Shown: positions 27,646 through 37,615, counted from the first letter of the stretch. The stretch is 64,000 nt of DNA from an uncultured Gammaproteobacteria bacterium (GCA_964600575.1 CAZRJH010000001.1:28651-92650); one strand, 5' to 3'. The notes: generated by a model not told the origin, from the letters alone. Numbers and translations: made by a program.

Positions 27646-29892
27646 ATGAAAAGAGTTAAAAATCCCGAAGTTTCTATAATAATTGTCCATTACGGTGCAG
27701 ACAAAGAAGTCTTTGTTACACTCAAGGCTTTGGATAAAATCCGACGCAAAACAAATAAAGTAGAATTTTTGTTTGTTGATAACGAAGAAATTAAAAAGTC
27801 CGGCAAGTTAGTAAAAAGAGACTATAAATGGATTAAATATCTCGATCCCGTTAAAAATTTGGGCTTCGGAGGAGGAAGGAACTTTGCCGCTAAATTTGCA
27901 AAAGGAGAATATCTTCTGATGTTGGATTCAGATGTCGTTATAGAAAAAAAAGCATTTTCTAAGATACTAAGTTTTATTAAATCCAGAAAAAACGCAGGTA
28001 TTGTTTCCCCCAGGCTAACAAATATTTCCGGTAAATTTACACCCAGTGCAACCAAGGAGTTAACTCCGCTGATAGGAGTTTTGTATTTATCGTTTGTAAA
28101 CAAATATTTTGGAACTTTACCACCAATCCGCCATTATTTGTTAAAAGGTTGGGACAGGAAAAATACCAGGCCTGTTGAAGTTGCGCAGTTGGGTGCTTTT
28201 GTTATTCGTAAAAGCGACTTTGAAAAAGTTGGGGGGTTTGATCCGGAAATGTTTTTATATTTCGAAGAAAACGACCTAGCCAAAAAAATTCAAAGATTAT
28301 CAAAAAAAGTTTATTTGATAGGAGAGGTAGAGGTAGTACATTTAGAATCAAAAGGCACTCCAAAATCTTCCGAGAGGATACAAAATATTTTCAAAAAAAG
28401 CAGAAGACGGTATTTTTCTAAGTACTACGGTTATCTAAATGCTTTAGTAGTCGAACTGTTTTGCTCAGTAAACAAATATAGTTTATTGTTTTTAGCGATT
28501 TTAATACTTGGATCTTTTTTGAGATTCTACAAGGTTGAACAAAATCTGATTTTTAACGGTGAAATGGGGTATGATTACACTGTTATAAAATCATATGTAG
28601 AACAGGGTAAGCTTCCGCTTTTGGGTCCGAGAACTTCACATGAATGGTTTTTTATAGGACCTTTGTTCTACTGGATGTTTCAGGTTTTAATGCCTTTGTT
28701 TGAGTTTAAGGTGGAAACAGGTGCATATTTTTTTGCTCTGGTTTGTGCTTTGGGAATATGGGTATGTTATGTAGTAGTTAAAAAGTTGATGGATGAAAAG
28801 GTTGCATTAATAAGTTCGTATTTAATGGCTATTTCACCTCTTTGGGTAGGGTTGGCTAGAGACGCAAGATTCAACGCGTTTACGGCAATTTTGTTTTTCC
28901 CTTACTTGTGGTTGGTAAATAAATCAATAGTGGATAACGGCAAAAGCTTATTTTGGCTTGGCTTAACCTTAGGGGTTATGTTTAGTTTTTTCCCCAGCCC
29001 TATTCTATTGATACCGGGAGCCTTAGCGGTGCTGTTTTTGTACGGTAAAAAAATAGAACAAAAAAAATACCTCAATGCTTTTTTCGGGTTTTTGATACCT
29101 AATACACCGTACTTGATTTATAACGCCACTCACGGTTTCAAAATCGTTACAGATTTAATTTCCTGGATTCCTTACAGAATATTGGGGTTTGTTGGGCTTT
29201 ATCCAAAAAATAATGCGAATGTATCCATAGTCTCTTCCAACTTCACAGGTCTATTTAGATTTTTTGAAAGTTCTTTTTTTAACGAAAGTAATATTTCTAC
29301 GATGTTATTCACATTTGCCCTATTTTTATTTTCTGTTTACGGTTTTATAAAACACAACAAGATTCGCCCTTTATTAATAGTTGCTTTAGTAAGTTATTTT
29401 GGATTGTTTTTACACGGAAACCCGCCCTCTCATTATTATTTAGTTATATACCCCATACCGTTGATACTGGGTGCTTATTTTTTGAACAAGATTTTAAATA
29501 AAAGTTTTGTAGTAGGAACATTTATATTAATGTTTATAAGTTTTTCGTCCTTTGTTTTTTTCTTCTCCGATAAGTGGTTTTTTGTTAGAACGGATAAAGT
29601 CTCTGATGATATTAATTTTGTTCCCTTTAGATTACAAAAAGAAGTTGTAATGTATATTTCTAAAGATGCGAATGGTCGACCATTCGAACTTAGAAGAGTT
29701 GGCCCTCTTGATCATTTTCGCGAAGATTTTTCACTTCATTACCGATATCTTTTAAAATTGGAAGGTGCCTCAGTCGTAAATGGTTCTAGTTTAATATATA
29801 CAATTTACGAAGACACAGGAGCGATCCCAAAGAACTTGAATACTAAGTGGATATCCAACTTAGCTATTACTAAATATGAAGAAAAAAATTGA
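27646..29892 (+). CDS. GT2 glycosyltransferase fused to an ArnT/PMT-like GT-C membrane domain
   Basis: N-half NLGFGGGRN, LDSD, GGFD..FLYFEE; C-half ILILGSFLRF, LLGP, GPLFYW, many TMs. Confidence 0.85.
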   Translation: MKRVKNPEVSIIIVHYGADKEVFVTLKALDKIRRKTNKVEFLFVDNEEIKKSGKLVKRDYKWIKYLDPVKNLGFGGGRNFAAKFAKGEYLLMLDSDVVIEKKAFSKILSFIKSRKNAGIVSPRLTNISGKFTPSATKELTPLIGVLYLSFVNKYFGTLPPIRHYLLKGWDRKNTRPVEVAQLGAFVIRKSDFEKVGGFDPEMFLYFEENDLAKKIQRLSKKVYLIGEVEVVHLESKGTPKSSERIQNIFKKSRRRYFSKYYGYLNALVVELFCSVNKYSLLFLAILILGSFLRFYKVEQNLIFNGEMGYDYTVIKSYVEQGKLPLLGPRTSHEWFFIGPLFYWMFQVLMPLFEFKVETGAYFFALVCALGIWVCYVVVKKLMDEKVALISSYLMAISPLWVGLARDARFNAFTAILFFPYLWLVNKSIVDNGKSLFWLGLTLGVMFSFFPSPILLIPGALAVLFLYGKKIEQKKYLNAFFGFLIPNTPYLIYNATHGFKIVTDLISWIPYRILGFVGLYPKNNANVSIVSSNFTGLFRFFESSFFNESNISTMLFTFALFLFSVYGFIKHNKIRPLLIVALVSYFGLFLHGNPPSHYYLVIYPIPLILGAYFLNKILNKSFVVGTFILMFISFSSFVFFFSDKWFFVRTDKVSDDINFVPFRLQKEVVMYISKDANGRPFELRRVGPLDHFREDFSLHYRYLLKLEGASVVNGSSLIYTIYEDTGAIPKNLNTKWISNLAITKYEEKN

Positions 29893-30454
29893 AATAATAA
29901 CCCTAAATAAAAAAAATATTAGAGATTTTGCTAAAGAGAGAAATTCACTTCTAAAGAAGAGTGAATCAGAATGGGTTTTTTTTAAAGATAAAGACGAAGT
30001 GATATCCAAAAAATTGAATAATGAAATCAAAAAAGCAATAAAGAGCAAAGATTTTGACGGTTATTTCGTAGTTAGGGAAAATTATCTTTTTGGCAAACCT
30101 GCAGGTAAAGATAGGATTTTAAGACTTGGCAAAAGAAAATCCGGAAAGTGGGTTCGGGCGGTGCACGAAACCTGGGTTATAAGTGGTAATGTCGGGGTTT
30201 TAAAAAATACACTGAGTCACCAGATTAACGATAATATTTACCAAATTGTAGACAAGTTAAACAAATATACGGACATCCATGCCGCTGAAAATGAAAAAGA
30301 AGGCAAGAGGTCCTCGCTAATTAAAATATTGTTGTATCCTGCGGCAAAATTTGTCCAAAGTATGATACTTGGAAGAGGATTTGCAATGAGCGTGATACAA
30401 TCTTTTCATTCATTTCTATCATGGTTAAAATTATGGAGTTTGCAAAAAGACTAA
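29876..30454 (+). CDS. Short GT2-like glycosyltransferase
   Basis: DFAKERN, WVFFKDKDE, VHE, KLNKYT; lacks the usual N-terminal strands. Confidence 0.7.
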   Translation: MKKKIEIITLNKKNIRDFAKERNSLLKKSESEWVFFKDKDEVISKKLNNEIKKAIKSKDFDGYFVVRENYLFGKPAGKDRILRLGKRKSGKWVRAVHETWVISGNVGVLKNTLSHQINDNIYQIVDKLNKYTDIHAAENEKEGKRSSLIKILLYPAAKFVQSMILGRGFAMSVIQSFHSFLSWLKLWSLQKD

Positions 30455-31563
30455 GCAAGGAAAATATATTTATTTTTCTATTCCTTTTGGCATTCCCATT
30501 TGGGCAGATTATAAAAGTAGGCAACCTTAACCCGATAGATGCTGTTGTTTTTTTTGGAGCAATAACGGCTGTTGTCAGTGGCTACAAAAGGCCTCACATA
30601 TTCACCTATTTCAACAACTTTATTTTTGTTGCGTTAGCAACTTGGATATTTTCTTTTTTCGTTTTTTATTCTAGTAGTGTTATATACGGATTGTTTTATT
30701 TGGCAAGACTCGCTTCGTATTTTTACTTTTTATTGTACTTACTAAATTTTGTCAGTCTTAACCCAAAACATAAAGGTATTTTAAAAAATTCTTTGCTGGC
30801 GGTTTCTGTTACTTCCGCAATTTTTGGTTGGATTCAATTTTTTTGGATACCTGATATCAAACCTTTTTTTACATACGGTTGGGACGAGCATCTTTTTAGG
30901 CTGGTCGGGACATTTCTAGACCCTACATTTTTGGGGTTAATTATTGTACTTGGACTACTAATTGCTTTTTCCAAAAAGAAAAGGTTGATTAGTTTGTTTT
31001 TGTTTGTTTCTTTGGCTTTTACATATTCCCGAGCAAGTTATTTGGCACTTTTTGTCGGTCTTGCTTATCTGGCTTTTGTCAAAAAGAGAATATTGACTTT
31101 TGCCGTGCCATTTATTGCTTTGATAATAATTGCGTTAGCCTTGCCTACTTCAAAAAACCACAGCATAGAATTCTTTAGAACTTTTTCTGCTATCGCCAGA
31201 GTCGAAAATTACAAAACTACATTAGAAATTATTAAAAAGTCACCTATTTTTGGTATAGGTTATAACAATATGTGTTTGGCTTACAATAAATTTGTAGGGT
31301 ATCAGTCTTTATCGTCACATGCGTGTTCAGGATCCGATTCGAGTGTGCTTTTAATCACTGCCACAATGGGACTTTCGGGTCTCTTTTCTTTTTTAACGCT
31401 GGCAAATATTCTGTGGAAAAATTTGGAAGATCTAACAGCAAAGGCTATGATGATTTCTTTGGCAACTCATTCACTTTTTTCTAACTCTCTTTTTTACCCT
31501 TGGGTTTTGGGTTTTTTGATTTGTTACCTTTCTATTTATTTAGGAAACAAAGTGAAGAGTTAA
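30433..31563 (+). CDS. O-antigen ligase/polymerase family protein
   Basis: RLVGTFLDP, TYSRAS, PIFGIG; multi-TM. Confidence 0.85.
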   Translation: MEFAKRLSKENIFIFLFLLAFPFGQIIKVGNLNPIDAVVFFGAITAVVSGYKRPHIFTYFNNFIFVALATWIFSFFVFYSSSVIYGLFYLARLASYFYFLLYLLNFVSLNPKHKGILKNSLLAVSVTSAIFGWIQFFWIPDIKPFFTYGWDEHLFRLVGTFLDPTFLGLIIVLGLLIAFSKKKRLISLFLFVSLAFTYSRASYLALFVGLAYLAFVKKRILTFAVPFIALIIIALALPTSKNHSIEFFRTFSAIARVENYKTTLEIIKKSPIFGIGYNNMCLAYNKFVGYQSLSSHACSGSDSSVLLITATMGLSGLFSFLTLANILWKNLEDLTAKAMMISLATHSLFSNSLFYPWVLGFLICYLSIYLGNKVKS

Positions 31564-32256
31564 AGTAACGGAGGTTGTGTTACCCGCCTTGTCGGTCGAT
31601 TTTACTTCGAATTTGTTCTCTCCGTCTGTTAGAGAAGTGGTAAATTGAAACTTGCCGCTATCGTCAACCGAAACAAATCTGTCGTTTACAGTAATTTGAG
31701 TGCCTGACTCGGTTGTTCCTTGCAAAGTAACTTGTCTTTGTTTAGTGCCAATAAACTGGGCACCATCTTGTGGGCTATCTATCGTTAGTACGGGCTGGGT
31801 TTTGTCGAATATAATTAGAATTGCCTGAGTTTCCTGGCTCACATTGTTAGCAGTATCAACAGCAGTTGCAGAAAAAGTATTCTCTCCTTCGTTAAGATTT
31901 ACAGTAAAGCTGAAGCGACCGTCTTTGTCGGTTAAAGTTTCTTGTAAAGCTCCATTGAGGGTTAATTTAATATTTGCACCCGCCTCCGAGTTGCCCGAAA
32001 CATCTAGGGTTTGGCTATTTGTAAAGTCGGGAAGTGTGCTAAATCTTGGTGGAGCCGGAGGTGTTTTATCGTTTTGTGTAATAGCTTTACCGCTTTTTCC
32101 AAGATCTGACACAAATGCGGCAAATCTACCCAAAACAGGTATGCCGTAAAAAAACAGAAGTACAAGTGTTGTTATCGACACCAAAACCAAAGTAACGGCT
32201 TTTTTAATATTATTTTTCTCTTCTACCTTTTCTAGGCGTGAGTAATTTCTTCTCAT
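31540..32256 (-). CDS. Membrane-anchored protein with two Ig-like domains
   Basis: TM then two G..E....DG.F...L..GEN....D.AGN repeats. Confidence 0.8.
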   Translation of the reverse strand: MRRNYSRLEKVEEKNNIKKAVTLVLVSITTLVLLFFYGIPVLGRFAAFVSDLGKSGKAITQNDKTPPAPPRFSTLPDFTNSQTLDVSGNSEAGANIKLTLNGALQETLTDKDGRFSFTVNLNEGENTFSATAVDTANNVSQETQAILIIFDKTQPVLTIDSPQDGAQFIGTKQRQVTLQGTTESGTQITVNDRFVSVDDSGKFQFTTSLTDGENKFEVKSTDKAGNTTSVTLTLHFVS

Positions 32257-32289
32257 TTTCTAAGCCAGTATATCAAATAAGTCAAAAGT

Positions 32290-32365
32290 TGGAGCCAAGA
32301 GTGGGGATCGAACCCACGACCTGCGGTTTACGATACCGCCGCTCTACCAACTGAGCTATCTTGGC
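32290..32365 (-). tRNA. tRNA-Thr(CGT)
   Basis: Reverse complement GCCAAGA...GCGGT-ATCGTAA-ACCGC...TTCGATC...TCTTGGC-TCCA. Confidence 0.93.
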
Positions 32366-32433
32366 GCTTCTAACCAAAATTGCAAGCAATTTTGTGCGGA
32401 GACGGAATTATAGCATCCAAAACAGATTTATCA

Positions 32434-33153
32434 TTAATACCCTGTGAATTTTTCCGTGCGGATTCTATCGTCTTTTATACCTATTTTTACAACCAATTCT
32501 TCCATTGCATCTATCATCCCCGGAGGGCCGCAAAGCCAATATGTAGGGTTGTCTAACCCTTCTGCCGCTTTTTTAATCAAGTCCTCATCAACTCTGCCAG
32601 TCAAACCCGACCATTTATTCTTGCTTTCTTCGGGATGGCTAACGGTTACAAAAAGTTTTAGGTTAGGCCACATCTTTGCCCACTCGTTAAACTCCTCGTA
32701 AAAAGCAATTTCTTCGGGGATGGAGTTTGAATAAACTAATGCTATTTTTGTATCTAGGTTTTTATCGATTGCGTATTTGATCATGCTTCTAAATGGGGTT
32801 ACGCCAATTCCTCCCGCAACAAAAACATTATCTCCTGACTCTTTTTCGTCCAAAACAAAAGTTCCGTTTGGGCCTTCTGCCTCTATAACCTGTCCGACTT
32901 TGTAAGTGTTAAGAGTTTGTTTGTATCCCGACTCTTTACGTATTCTTGTGGTTAACCTTAAAAGTCCGTCTTCCGAAGGAGAGGAGGAGGTGGTGAAATG
33001 TCTTGTTGCTCCTCTTGGGTCGGGGAATTTGAGTTTCGGGATAGTAAAATAAAAATACTGCCCGGCAATCCAATCGACTTTTTTTTGTGGTTCCCAAAAA
33101 AAAGATTTGGTTCCCTTTGCATCCTCGGTTATCTTTACCAACTTTAATTTCAT
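32434..33153 (-). CDS. FAD/NAD(P)-binding oxidoreductase (FNR family)
   Basis: GQY, RHFTTSS, GPNGTF, AGGIGVTPF, LCGPPGM, EKFTGY. Confidence 0.92.
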   Translation of the reverse strand: MKLKLVKITEDAKGTKSFFWEPQKKVDWIAGQYFYFTIPKLKFPDPRGATRHFTTSSSPSEDGLLRLTTRIRKESGYKQTLNTYKVGQVIEAEGPNGTFVLDEKESGDNVFVAGGIGVTPFRSMIKYAIDKNLDTKIALVYSNSIPEEIAFYEEFNEWAKMWPNLKLFVTVSHPEESKNKWSGLTGRVDEDLIKKAAEGLDNPTYWLCGPPGMIDAMEELVVKIGIKDDRIRTEKFTGY

Positions 33154-33177
33154 CGCTTAATATTATACACTCGATTT

Positions 33178-33360
33178 ATGTGTTTTAACTGCGGTTGCGG
33201 AATTCCTAACGATCCTATGGGTAAGGGTAAAGTCACGGAAGGAGGCGCCAGTTTAACGGAAGATGATATCAAAATAATGTCCGAAAAATGGGGTATAAGT
33301 GTGGATGAATCAAAAAAGAATATTTTGGATTTATTATCTTCTCAACTAAAGTCTAAATAA
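33178..33360 (+). CDS. Small Cys-rich hypothetical protein
   Basis: MCFNCGCG..DPMG start; -10-like TACACT 6 nt upstream. Confidence 0.7.
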   Translation: MCFNCGCGIPNDPMGKGKVTEGGASLTEDDIKIMSEKWGISVDESKKNILDLLSSQLKSK

Positions 33361-33495
33361 TTATCTCCTTTTATCCTTAATGCCCAACTGATTCATGCGA
33401 TTTAGGGCGTCCTCTCTTTTTTTGTATGGACCACCCAAGTGAATTTTGGAATGTCGACCAATAACATAATAACCTTCTTTCCTCTTGATGATCAC
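33361..33495 (-). CDS. Small basic protein (44 aa, absent from ORF track)
   Basis: Manual translation MIIKRKEGYYVIGRHSKIHLGGPYKKREDALNRMNQLGIKDKRR; TATACT 5 nt before GTG; fills the gap exactly. Confidence 0.68.
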   Translation of the reverse strand: MIIKRKEGYYVIGRHSKIHLGGPYKKREDALNRMNQLGIKDKRR

Positions 33496-33506
33496 ATTTT
33501 AGTATA

Positions 33507-34781
33507 TCAGTCCAAAACCTGATTTCTCACAAAATCGTTAAGCCCGTTTCGACTAATTGTATTCAGAGATTTTATGGGGGTTGTAAACTGCCCGACCACA
33601 AATTCTCTTATGGTAAGATTCTCATTTCTAATTAAACTGCGACTATCCGCGTAAAACTGAAAAAGTGTTAGCACATTCCAAACAAAGATTACCAAGAAAA
33701 CAACCGCGCTTTTTTTGAAACTCCATTTTTTTATAAGGCTGCACATTCCAAATGTAAAATATGGTGCCCCCGAAATTACAAATCTTTGCCCGAATCCCGC
33801 AGAGGTATTAGCCGACCAAAACGAACAAACAAGAAATAAAGCAGAAAGTGCTATTAAATATAGATACTTTTTGGATTTATAAAGTCCAACCAAACTTAAA
33901 AGATATATTGGTGTCCATATAAACAGACCTCGTTTTGCCGAAAGAAAAAATTCCGCTATTTTATAAAATGCCACAGTAAAGTTTCCGCTAGCACCGGTAA
34001 TATACGGGGAACTTAAAACACTTCCGTACATTAAGTAATAACTAGCAAAAAGCGGAGCAGAAAATAAAATCGCACCCAAGGGAGCCATAATAAAGTGATC
34101 CCATTTTGGTTTTGATTTTAGCAAATTGTAATAAACGGGAACCAAAAGAATTACATCGGCAAGCCTGGTCATAAAAAGCACCCCGCTTAAAGCACCAATT
34201 ATAAAATAGTTCAAAAATTTATCTTCGGGTTTTTGTGATTTATATAGAAGATAGGCAACAATAAAAAAAGCCGGTTGATGTGATAAAGCCGGCTCTAAAG
34301 AAGCGTAGTAAAAAAGATTAGAACAAACAAAAAACAGAATACTTCCCCAATTTGCAATGTTTTTTTTAAAGAAGAACTCTAGATATTTTTGAGTGTAGTA
34401 AAGTCCTGCTACGGCAAACAAAATGCCAGTTATTCCGGGTCCGATTTCCAACAAGACACTAAATCTATCTTGAATAAATAAATTAATTATATAAACCGAA
34501 GGAATCCATAAGATACCCGTTCCTATAGGGAAAGGGTTTTTATAAATTCCCAGTGGGCCCAAAGAAGCATTCCAGAAAACCCTGCTAAAAGTATATTTTG
34601 GACCTTGGAAGCTTTCCAGATATTCGTAAATTGGTCCGAAATCTAAACTTTTTTCGAAAATAATAGAGTGCGTGTAACTGTAAAAACCGTTACCGTCTCC
34701 ATATATTCCATGACCCGAAACAATTAGGTGAAGAATAAAAATAAAAAAGCAGGCGATAAATATGAAAAAATATTTCTTCAA
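33507..34781 (-). CDS. Polytopic membrane protein, putative GT-C glycosyltransferase
   Basis: GDG..YSY..S, NPFPIG, RGLFIWTP, GFGQRF; about 11 TMs. Confidence 0.7.
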   Translation of the reverse strand: MKKYFFIFIACFFIFILHLIVSGHGIYGDGNGFYSYTHSIIFEKSLDFGPIYEYLESFQGPKYTFSRVFWNASLGPLGIYKNPFPIGTGILWIPSVYIINLFIQDRFSVLLEIGPGITGILFAVAGLYYTQKYLEFFFKKNIANWGSILFFVCSNLFYYASLEPALSHQPAFFIVAYLLYKSQKPEDKFLNYFIIGALSGVLFMTRLADVILLVPVYYNLLKSKPKWDHFIMAPLGAILFSAPLFASYYLMYGSVLSSPYITGASGNFTVAFYKIAEFFLSAKRGLFIWTPIYLLSLVGLYKSKKYLYLIALSALFLVCSFWSANTSAGFGQRFVISGAPYFTFGMCSLIKKWSFKKSAVVFLVIFVWNVLTLFQFYADSRSLIRNENLTIREFVVGQFTTPIKSLNTISRNGLNDFVRNQVLD

Positions 34782-35128
34782 GATTTTTTAGCCTTACTTT
34801 CTTTTTGGATCATATTCCAATGATATTTATACAAGGGAACACCGACCAATAACATCGAAAGTGCAGTAGAAACTTGACGTTGTCTTTGTCGTTCGGTTTC
34901 CTTTTCCTGAATTCTTTTTTGTTCGGCCAGCTCTTCGTCGGTCAGTTTTGTTTCCTTTCCATCCGGAGTATATTTTACCGGGGTTGCGTAGTTGTCGTAT
35001 CGGTCTGCCCCCTGGAATAAGTAAACTTTAATGCCCAGATCAACAAGCTGAATTGCACCAATCACCGCGATAAGAAGACCTATAAAAGAAAAAAGGTAAA
35101 GATACAAAAGTCTGATGGAGAACTTCAT
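34778..35128 (-). CDS. Two-TM hypothetical protein (DUF5671-like)
   Basis: IRLLYLYLFSFIGL ... VGVPLY..HW. Confidence 0.7.
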   Translation of the reverse strand: MKFSIRLLYLYLFSFIGLLIAVIGAIQLVDLGIKVYLFQGADRYDNYATPVKYTPDGKETKLTDEELAEQKRIQEKETERQRQRQVSTALSMLLVGVPLYKYHWNMIQKESKAKKS

Positions 35129-35167
35129 ACAATACTAGTATAGCAAAAATTGTATAATTCATTAAAT

Positions 35168-36136
35168 ATGTCGAATTTTTGGCAAAAATTAACCAAACCG
35201 TTTACCGTTCTCGCCCCCATGGACGATGTTACGGACAATGTTTTTAGGCAAATAATATTATCAGCCGCAAGACCTGATGTGTTTTTCACCGAATTCACAA
35301 GTGCGGACGGGCTTGTTTACAATAGCCATGGGGTTCCAAGGAGAAAATTAACCTTTACAGAAGAACAAAGGCCAATTGTTGCCCAAATCTGGGGAAACAA
35401 TGCCGAAAACATGGGTAAGGCTACAAAAATCGTGAGAGATTTGGGTTTTGATGGCATAGATATAAATATGGGTTGCCCGGTGCGGGAAGTTGTTAAAGCA
35501 AAGGCGGGTGCAGGTTTAATTGGTGAATACGAATTGGCGGGAAAGGTAATTAGAGCCGTAAAAACAAATTCGGGAGATTTGCCAGTTTCTGTTAAAACAA
35601 GGTTGGGAATTAATACAAATATTGCTGCGGATTGGATAAAGTTTTTATTGGAACAGGATTTGCCAGTCATTACCCTTCACGCAAGAACAGCCAAACAGAT
35701 GTCAAAAGTGCCTGCAAACTGGGACGAAATCGGAAAAATAGTTGAGCTAAAAAACAATATTTCTCCCAACACTTTAATCATTGGTAACGGTGATGTAAAA
35801 AATTACCCGACCGTTTTAGATTTTCATGAAAAATATAATATTGATGGGGTAATGATAGGTAGAGGAATTTTTGACAATCCTTGGGTGTTTGATAAGACAG
35901 ATCAAACCAGATCTGTAAAAGACCATTTTGATCTCATGGAGAAGCACATAAATTTATTCGAAAATATTTGGGGCGATTCAAAAAATTTTGCAATTCTAAA
36001 AAAGTTTTTCAAAATTTACATAAAAGACTTTAGGGGTGCGGCTGAGCTGAGGCAGGAGTTTATGGAAAGCAAAGACAAAGATGAAATAAAGAGTTTAATG
36101 GAAAAATTTAGAGCTACCGCGATTTTTGAGACCTAG
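35168..36136 (+). CDS. dus: tRNA-dihydrouridine synthase
   Basis: LAPM, DINMGCP, SVKTRLG, LHART, GNGD, VMIGRG. Confidence 0.93.
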   Translation: MSNFWQKLTKPFTVLAPMDDVTDNVFRQIILSAARPDVFFTEFTSADGLVYNSHGVPRRKLTFTEEQRPIVAQIWGNNAENMGKATKIVRDLGFDGIDINMGCPVREVVKAKAGAGLIGEYELAGKVIRAVKTNSGDLPVSVKTRLGINTNIAADWIKFLLEQDLPVITLHARTAKQMSKVPANWDEIGKIVELKNNISPNTLIIGNGDVKNYPTVLDFHEKYNIDGVMIGRGIFDNPWVFDKTDQTRSVKDHFDLMEKHINLFENIWGDSKNFAILKKFFKIYIKDFRGAAELRQEFMESKDKDEIKSLMEKFRATAIFET

Positions 36137-36157
36137 TCCCGAAAAGTCGCGGTAGCA
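36113..36157. terminator. Long hairpin between convergent genes
   Basis: GCTACCGCGATTTTTGAGAC-CTA-GTCCCGAAAAGTCGCGGTAGC. Confidence 0.65.
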
Positions 36158-36164
36158 TTTAAGG

Positions 36165-36416
36165 CTACTTGGTTTTGTAAAGCAGGAAGCCAAGGACGCC
36201 GATGGCGATAATGTCGAGCCAGGCAAAGCTTCCGGCCGCGATATGGTAGGACCCGCCGTTGAGCAATGCGCCGATGACGCCGATGGTCAGGCCGCCGCAG
36301 ATGCTGAGAACGAACAGGACCCCCAGAGGGATGAGCCCGTGCCACCATGGCCGGCCTGTGTCGCGATAGCGCAAGCAGAGCCAAACGGTGAGTGCAATCT
36401 CTATTACAAGTAACAT
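36165..36416 (-). CDS. Small three-TM protein with visibly high GC (accessory locus H)
   Basis: AGGAG SD; TGn-TAGAAT and GCACATC upstream; GC-rich codons unlike its neighbours. Confidence 0.72.
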   Translation of the reverse strand: MLLVIEIALTVWLCLRYRDTGRPWWHGLIPLGVLFVLSICGGLTIGVIGALLNGGSYHIAAGSFAWLDIIAIGVLGFLLYKTK

Positions 36417-36510
36417 TGTTCACTCCTAGGGTGATTTTGATGTGCCGTCTTATGAAAAGACAGGAAATTCTATCATACCAACCTTGTTTTGGTGCTAGAA
36501 TGGGAAAATT

Positions 36511-37611
36511 ATGAAAAATACAATCCAATGTCCCTACTGCAAAAAGGAGTTCGAGGCTACAGACGCCCTTAAACACAAAATAGAGGAAGAGCTAAAAGAG
36601 TCTTTGGAAAGGAAGTTTAAATCAGATTTGGAAGAAGCAAAGACAAATGCAGCCAAAGAGGCATCGGAAAAGGCAAATAAAGATTTAGATGCCGAACGCG
36701 AAAGGGGTAAAAAACTTACCCTGCAAATAGATGAGCTTTTGGGAGAAGTGAGAAAACTAAGGGAGAAAGACGAAGAACGGGAAATAGAGATGAAGAAAAA
36801 ACTCCTAGAAGAGGAAGAAAAAATCAAAAAGGATGCCAGGCAAAAGTCGGAGGATGAACACAAGCTTAAAGATTTAGAAAAGGATAAAAAACTTCAAGAC
36901 GCACTGGACCAGATAGAATCATTAAAAACAAAAATCCAACAAGGTTCGCAGCAAACTCAAGGTGAATCGCTTGAACTAGAGCTGGAAACCAAACTAAGAG
37001 GAGAGTTTCCAACTGATTTAATAAGCGAAGTCAAAAAAGGGCAAAGGGGTGCAGATATTTCCCAAGAAGTAATAGACAGAAACGGCAGAAACTGCGGAAA
37101 GATTTTATGGGAAAGTAAAAATGCGCAGTGGAGCGACGGATGGATAGATAAACTTAAAGAGGATCAAAGACAAGCTAAAGCCGATATTTCGGTATTGGTA
37201 TCTGTAAATCTTCCCCAAGGAGTAGAAAGTTTTTTGTACAAAAACGGAGTTTGGATTTGTGGCTGGAAATATTTTTTAGGGTTGGCTTTTGCCCTTAGAT
37301 ACAATTTGGTAAGTTTACATAACGAAAGAATAAGTAGTGAAGGCAAAGATGAAAAAATGAAGATTCTTTATGCATATCTAACGGGTTCGGAATTTAGAAA
37401 TAGAGTCTCGGGAATAGTTGACGCTTTTAGTAATCTACAAGAGGAATTAGAAAAAGAAAAAAGATACTTTAATGTTAAGTGGGCCAGACAGGAAAAAGAA
37501 ATAAGAAAAGTTATTGACCATACGCACGGGATGTATGGTGATCTACAGGCAGTTATCGGCAAAAGCCTACCAGAAATTAAAATTATGGAGCTTGGCGGTG
37601 GCGAAGAATAA
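36511..37611 (+). CDS. DUF2130 family protein
   Basis: IQCPYC, coiled coil, GSQQTQGE, FP.D.I.EVKKG..GAD, ILWESK, WIDKLKEDQ. Confidence 0.85.
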   Translation: MKNTIQCPYCKKEFEATDALKHKIEEELKESLERKFKSDLEEAKTNAAKEASEKANKDLDAERERGKKLTLQIDELLGEVRKLREKDEEREIEMKKKLLEEEEKIKKDARQKSEDEHKLKDLEKDKKLQDALDQIESLKTKIQQGSQQTQGESLELELETKLRGEFPTDLISEVKKGQRGADISQEVIDRNGRNCGKILWESKNAQWSDGWIDKLKEDQRQAKADISVLVSVNLPQGVESFLYKNGVWICGWKYFLGLAFALRYNLVSLHNERISSEGKDEKMKILYAYLTGSEFRNRVSGIVDAFSNLQEELEKEKRYFNVKWARQEKEIRKVIDHTHGMYGDLQAVIGKSLPEIKIMELGGGEE

Positions 37612-37615
37612 TCGA

